The translations under genes and the position numbers were made by a program. A DNA stretch of 64,000 nt from Candidatus Pacearchaeota archaeon (lineage in GTDB: Archaea; Nanobdellota; Nanobdellia; Pacearchaeales; GW2011-AR1), in assembly GCA_018304105.1 (NCBI GenBank), contig JAGVWX010000019.1, positions 1,411 to 65,410 of the forward strand. Reading direction: 5' to 3'. The notes beneath the pieces are model-generated. The model had not been told where the DNA came from, searched no databases, and saw only the letters and a program-made list of their open reading frames with translations. Positions 59,838-64,000 of this stretch are shown one piece after another (the first letter of the stretch is position 1; each line of letters opens with the position of its first letter).

Positions 59838-60746
59838 ATGACACGGTTGGCAGTGCAAAAAAATCCTGTTCCAGAAAATATAGGAATCAAACCAGTCGAC
59901 ACACATTTTTTTTCTGTGAGGACGGATGAAGTTGGCGTTGCATTTAGCTGGGGCAAACCGACTTTACTTGGGCCCGGAGGTCATTTTAGATTCGGATTTT
60001 TTCCGCAACATAGTTATGTTAAGATGGTTGATATGCGTGAGTTTTGCAAAAATGTTAGAATGCCTGTTCAAAGTAGAGATAATTTTGAGTTTGATGTTGA
60101 AGCAGATGTACGCATAAGACCAAAAGATGCATTGTATATCGCTCAAAATGAAGATAGAATTAATGGCTTTTTAGAAAGAACGATTCAAAAAAATTTAAAT
60201 GAAATTTCTTCTACAATAGCCGAAAGTGAAGGATGGGTCGGTAATGTTTATCAGCATGCTAAGAGTTTAGAAGAGCAAATGGCTATCGAACTAGGCGGCG
60301 ATGGGGTAATGTATCGTGATACTTCTATGAGGATTTATTGTCCTGACCAATTTTTGGCTGTTGCTTCTACAAGATATGGACTAAAACACTATTTGGAATT
60401 TGATATGCAACTGAAACAGCATTTCTTTCAATGGATTGAAAAAGAATCGAGGCTTAAAGTTGAAGTAAGAGAAAGAATAGTTAATGCAATTGGAAAACAT
60501 CCCCAAATGCTTGTTCTGGGAACATTTAGTGAGATATTCGATAGGGAATGGCCCAAGGATTTGCAGGATCCTGAATATCGCTTGGTGCGCCCATATGTTC
60601 GAGGATTTTTACAAACGGAAGTTGCGAAGAGAATTACTGAAGGATATAAGAAAGGAGAAGTATGCCCTGCAGCCATGCAAGATGCACTAGATTTTTCGTG
60701 GGGAAGCTTTATGCTAAACCTTCTTCCGAGGGGGCGTTCACGTTAA
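59838..60746 (+). CDS. SPFH/band-7-like domain protein
   Basis: 302 aa. VRTDEVGVAFSWGKPTLLGPGGHFRFGFFP...VKMVDMRE...VQSRDNFEFDVEADVRIRP follows the SPFH N-terminal pattern. No TM helix seen. Confidence 0.5.
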   Translation: MTRLAVQKNPVPENIGIKPVDTHFFSVRTDEVGVAFSWGKPTLLGPGGHFRFGFFPQHSYVKMVDMREFCKNVRMPVQSRDNFEFDVEADVRIRPKDALYIAQNEDRINGFLERTIQKNLNEISSTIAESEGWVGNVYQHAKSLEEQMAIELGGDGVMYRDTSMRIYCPDQFLAVASTRYGLKHYLEFDMQLKQHFFQWIEKESRLKVEVRERIVNAIGKHPQMLVLGTFSEIFDREWPKDLQDPEYRLVRPYVRGFLQTEVAKRITEGYKKGEVCPAAMQDALDFSWGSFMLNLLPRGRSR

Positions 60747-60747
60747 G

Positions 60748-61464
60748 ATGGAAGATGTTAGAGCAATAAACTTGGAAAGAGAAAAAAGACTTAAAGAATT
60801 ATATGAAAAAGGCAGGAACATGAGAGAAGAGCAACCGCCCGTTACTTTTGTTCCAGGGAGAAACGTTTTAGCAAGATTGGCTTTAGCAGGAACTCTTGCA
60901 GTTATAAGTTTAGCTGGTCTTGTTGGTTATGGGTGTTATAGCTGTTATGCTTACCGAGGACATGGGCAACAGAGTCGAGAAGTTTCAACCGGGGCGACTG
61001 CAGGACGAGAACAAACTAAAGCAGAAGAATATTTGCCCGGTACTAATATAATTAGACGAACTTACTTAGTGAAAGGTACGGATACTATAAATGGGGTTCT
61101 TAATCCAGATGCGAAAGTCACGGAATTAATATTTCCAGAGAATTTTAGTTCTGAGCAATATGGGCTAATAAAAACAGGCATTTATTTAAGAAAAGAACGT
61201 CGCGGTTTAGTTAGGGTAAGTTCTAATTGTTATTTTCAAGCGCAAATTGGAAAAAAATTTTTTGTGAGTGCTAGACCAGGACCGCCACAACCAATAAAAG
61301 AAGTATCCATTTGGGAAGAAGAGGGTGTATGGCCTTCTACTCCTACGGATGTATATTTAGGAAATGGGGAATTAGAATTGTATTTAACTAATATCACAGA
61401 GAACAGTGAACCAAGAGAAAATCATGTTAGAGCTGAAATAGTAGAAGTGCCTCCGCCTAATTAA
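60748..61464 (+). CDS. single-pass membrane protein
   Basis: 238 aa. Starts 1 nt after the previous stop. One TM (LALAGTLAVISLAGLVGYGCY) and a C-terminal beta-rich domain. Confidence 0.55.
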   Translation: MEDVRAINLEREKRLKELYEKGRNMREEQPPVTFVPGRNVLARLALAGTLAVISLAGLVGYGCYSCYAYRGHGQQSREVSTGATAGREQTKAEEYLPGTNIIRRTYLVKGTDTINGVLNPDAKVTELIFPENFSSEQYGLIKTGIYLRKERRGLVRVSSNCYFQAQIGKKFFVSARPGPPQPIKEVSIWEEEGVWPSTPTDVYLGNGELELYLTNITENSEPRENHVRAEIVEVPPPN

Positions 61465-61507
61465 ATTTTTTACAAAAATAATTAAACTTCATGTTCTTCT
61501 AGTGCGG

Positions 61508-62026
61508 ATGATAATTGGTTTGAGCGGGCCGTATTGTGCGGGAACAGACACTGTCGGAAAGATTCTTGTTGAAAAGGGTTTTGTTTGGTTTTCGTATTCT
61601 GATATTATTGAACTTACGAGGAGAAATCTGCAGGATTTGGGGGATGAACTTCGGCTGAAGCAGGGGCTTGGGGTTTTATCTAAGATTTTAATTGAGAAGA
61701 TGGAAGACGGAAAAAATTATGTTGTTGGAAATATTCGGAATCCGGGAGAAGTTGAGGAATTGAGGAAATGCAAAGATTTTATTTTGGTGAATGTTGATGC
61801 GCCGAAAGAACTTAGGTTTGAGAGAATGCTGCAGCGCGGACGGGAAAAAGATGCGAAGACGTTTTCTGATTTTTTAAGGTCTGAAGAAAAGGATTTTGGG
61901 ATTGGGCAGGGAAAACATGGACAGCAGCACGCGGCAGTTTTTGAAATGGCAGATACTAAGATAATTAACGATGGAACTGTTGAAGAATTGAGAGAGAAGG
62001 TTGAGAGGATTTTGAAGATAGACTAA
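61508..62026 (+). CDS. P-loop nucleoside/nucleotide kinase-like protein with atypical Walker A
   Basis: MIIGLSGPYCAGTDTVGKIL sits where GxxGxGKS/T is expected; the Lys is replaced. Overall layout resembles small dNMP/CoaE-type kinases. The ATG at 61508 is preferred to the listed GTG. Confidence 0.45.
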   Translation: MIIGLSGPYCAGTDTVGKILVEKGFVWFSYSDIIELTRRNLQDLGDELRLKQGLGVLSKILIEKMEDGKNYVVGNIRNPGEVEELRKCKDFILVNVDAPKELRFERMLQRGREKDAKTFSDFLRSEEKDFGIGQGKHGQQHAAVFEMADTKIINDGTVEELREKVERILKID

Positions 62027-63054
62027 TTATCTTTTTTGACTTCTTTGCTTGGAGAAGGAATTTCTTTGCTTTGATTCTGAATTGGCGGGAGCGAACCTTC
62101 CTTGCCGATGTCTTTGCCGAGGTCCTGGCTTAGTTCTTTTCCGACTTCCTTGCTGACTTCTTTTACGCCCCTTACCAGCTCATTGACGCCTAAGTTTTCT
62201 TTGAGGCCTTCAAGAAATTCTTTGAATGGGTGGCCACTGGCCAGCTGAATTTTTTTGATGTGACGTTGTGCGTAATATCTTCCTTTACCGATTAGAGCTT
62301 TTGACTGGGAGAAGTCGAATCCGTCTATTTTTTCCAGGTCGATATTTATTACTATGTCTGCTTTTTCGCCTAAAAGGTCTGCTTCGCTGATTTGGCATTC
62401 CCTGATATGCAGAGATTTCATGACACTCTGGTAAATGCTTGGGAGATTTTTCTTTGATTGTTTCGGAACGGCTCTTGCGTTTAATAATGGTTTTTTGTCT
62501 TTCATGTAGTTTACGTTTACTGCGATTATAATGTCTGCGCCCATTTTGCGCAGGATTTCGGTGGGGATTGGATCTCCGACAGCGCCATCAACGAGCACGC
62601 GATCCTTGTTTATTACAGGGATGAAAATACCAGGAATCGAGATACTTGCCCTTACTGCTTTTGCGACGCTGCCGCGGTGGAAAATTATTTCTCTGCTATT
62701 TCCTAAATCAAATGCGGTTATGTAAAGCGGGATTTTCAAGTCCTTGAATTCTGTGTCACCGATTGTATCTTCTAAAATCTTCTCTATTTTTTTGCCTTTT
62801 ATCAGGCCATGCCTTGGAAATGTGTAGTCGAATAATTTTTCATCCTTGAGTTTCATAACCTTCCTTTCTATTTTTTTTGCATTTGGCTCCATTGCGTATA
62901 GCGCTCCAACCAAGGCACCCATGCTTGTGCCTGCAATCAGGTCAATCGGAATATTGTTTTGTTCCAGGATTTCAAGAACGCCTATATGGGCGAGGCCACG
63001 CGAACCTCCGCTGCTTAGTGCCAGACCCACTTTTTTTCTGTTGAAAATCGGCAT
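62023..63054 (-). CDS. patatin-like phospholipase
   Basis: 343 aa. Oxyanion GLALSSGGSRG, nucleophile elbow GTSMGALVG (GxSxG), catalytic Asp in VDGAVGD. Confidence 0.85.
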   Translation of the reverse strand: MPIFNRKKVGLALSSGGSRGLAHIGVLEILEQNNIPIDLIAGTSMGALVGALYAMEPNAKKIERKVMKLKDEKLFDYTFPRHGLIKGKKIEKILEDTIGDTEFKDLKIPLYITAFDLGNSREIIFHRGSVAKAVRASISIPGIFIPVINKDRVLVDGAVGDPIPTEILRKMGADIIIAVNVNYMKDKKPLLNARAVPKQSKKNLPSIYQSVMKSLHIRECQISEADLLGEKADIVINIDLEKIDGFDFSQSKALIGKGRYYAQRHIKKIQLASGHPFKEFLEGLKENLGVNELVRGVKEVSKEVGKELSQDLGKDIGKEGSLPPIQNQSKEIPSPSKEVKKDN

Positions 63055-63305
63055 GGATGAATAAACAAAACTATGGATTTAAATGTTTTTGATTAGGGGA
63101 TTTTGAGATAAGCTATTATTTGGGCTTGCAGATTTGTTATTTCCCCCATCCGCCACTAAATAAATAATGACCAACCCCATCCGACCGACTTGTGCGTTAG
63201 GATTATTGTAATAGATATAAAATTGTATTGACTTGTGAACAGATTTCCTAATTGGTTATTGTGTTTAATTAATTGATAAGTTATTTAATTTTAACACGTC
63301 AGAGG

Positions 63306-64000
63306 TTAGTGGCTATGAGGAGGGGTTAGCTTGATGGGCTTGAACCCGAAGAGCCGCCAGAACTGAGTTGTGAGCATTGCCTTGTCTTCTTCGAAGTGAT
63401 GCTTTATGCTTTGCTTAAATGAGAAAGGGGTGATGGGTTTTACTTCTTTTATCATTGGCAAGAAAATAATAATAGAAATGATTCTTAGAACTCCGCTTAT
63501 GAGGAAGGTGAACAAGATAGGGGTTAAGCCGAAGGGTACGCTGGAAAGAGACGCGATGTATCCTCCGAGCATTGCGCCGGCAAATAATCCGATTCCGGTA
63601 AGAATATTGAAGTAAGTCATATAGTAAGGCATTTTTTCTTTTGAAACTGCATCGAAAATGAACATGGCGGTGGCGTGGTTGAAGCCAGCCCAGGCGAACC
63701 CGCTGAAAATTTCCAGGATGAAAAGGTAAAATATTAAGTGAGTGTAGCTGATTGAAAGGAATAATGGGGAAAGCATCCACAGCAGAGGTATGGTTGGGAT
63801 TAGGTAGCCAGTTATTTTGAGAATTTTTACGTTTCCATGGACATCTGAAAATTTGCCCCAGACCGGAAGAAAGGCGAGGGTTGAGACTATCGGGCTGATT
63901 ATTATAAGGGTGTAAGAAAGATAGTCCATGCCCAAGTCCTTTAACATGTAGACCGCGAAGAACGGGCCGGCGACTGTTGTTGCAAGAGATATAATCGAGA
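63306..64000 (-). CDS. MFS-type transporter, 5' end beyond the window
   Basis: The frame stays open upstream of the listed Met to the window edge (...SLATTVAGPFFAVYMLKDLGMDY). Paralog of 3300..4670. Confidence 0.65.
   Translation of the reverse strand, partial: SIISLATTVAGPFFAVYMLKDLGMDYLSYTLIIISPIVSTLAFLPVWGKFSDVHGNVKILKITGYLIPTIPLLWMLSPLFLSISYTHLIFYLFILEIFSGFAWAGFNHATAMFIFDAVSKEKMPYYMTYFNILTGIGLFAGAMLGGYIASLSSVPFGLTPILFTFLISGVLRIISIIIFLPMIKEVKPITPFSFKQSIKHHFEEDKAMLTTQFWRLFGFKPIKLTPPHSH

Noticed and set aside
61508-63054. Patatin-like phospholipase next to a kinase-like gene as a CBASS-type defence operon.
   Set aside because: The genes are convergent and no cyclase/nucleotidyltransferase or sensor gene is adjacent. 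The patatin gene looks like a stand-alone lipase.
1-64000. Possible alternative genetic code or programmed recoding.
   Set aside because: Conserved proteins (HisRS, helicase, Rpo7, GTs, patatin) read through cleanly with standard stops. No in-frame stop interrupts a recognisable domain except the truncated toxin copies noted.

Overview
AT-rich archaeal chromosomal window. Archaeal identity rests on the Rpo7-Spt4-S24e-S27ae operon, HisRS, ScpA, a DEAD-box helicase, and BRE/TATA promoters about 25 nt upstream of mostly leaderless start codons. Small genes, many secreted Cys-rich adhesin-like proteins and glycosylation genes suggest a small-genome, possibly DPANN-type, surface-attached archaeon; this is inference only. 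About 80 CDS and 2 tRNAs (Ser-CGA; a His-GTG candidate) are supported. No rRNA, CRISPR array, cas gene, integrase or transposase is recognisable. Main observations: (1) 33.8-40.5 kb holds seven toxin-antitoxin-type cassettes between two glycosylation clusters. Each is delimited by the same ~100-bp element, followed by 10/11-bp phased repeat arrays and an identical 17-nt BRE/TATA promoter at a fixed 20-nt distance from the ATG. (2) 24.9-29.4 kb is a mosaic hot spot. The promoter and first 35-52 nt of a GT4 glycosyltransferase gene occur three to four times, interleaved with an uncharacterised ~155-aa protein family, HicAB, a wHTH-nucleotidyltransferase and a NYN-domain protein. (3) 15.4-22.2 kb encodes five paralogous secreted proteins with a conserved N-terminal module containing a poly(Gly-Tyr) loop. 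(4) A mosaic family of dispersed structured repeats (core aattggacgcc, a hairpin with compensatory changes, C-rich boxes) fills intergenic DNA and appears inserted in frame into two membrane-protein genes. (5) Four TA-like gene pairs are convergent and share a palindromic TTAA stop-stop overlap. (6) The tRNA-Ser gene is bracketed by partial copies of its own 5' and 3' ends inside one promoter-terminator unit. All functional calls come from motif recognition by eye; no database search was run.
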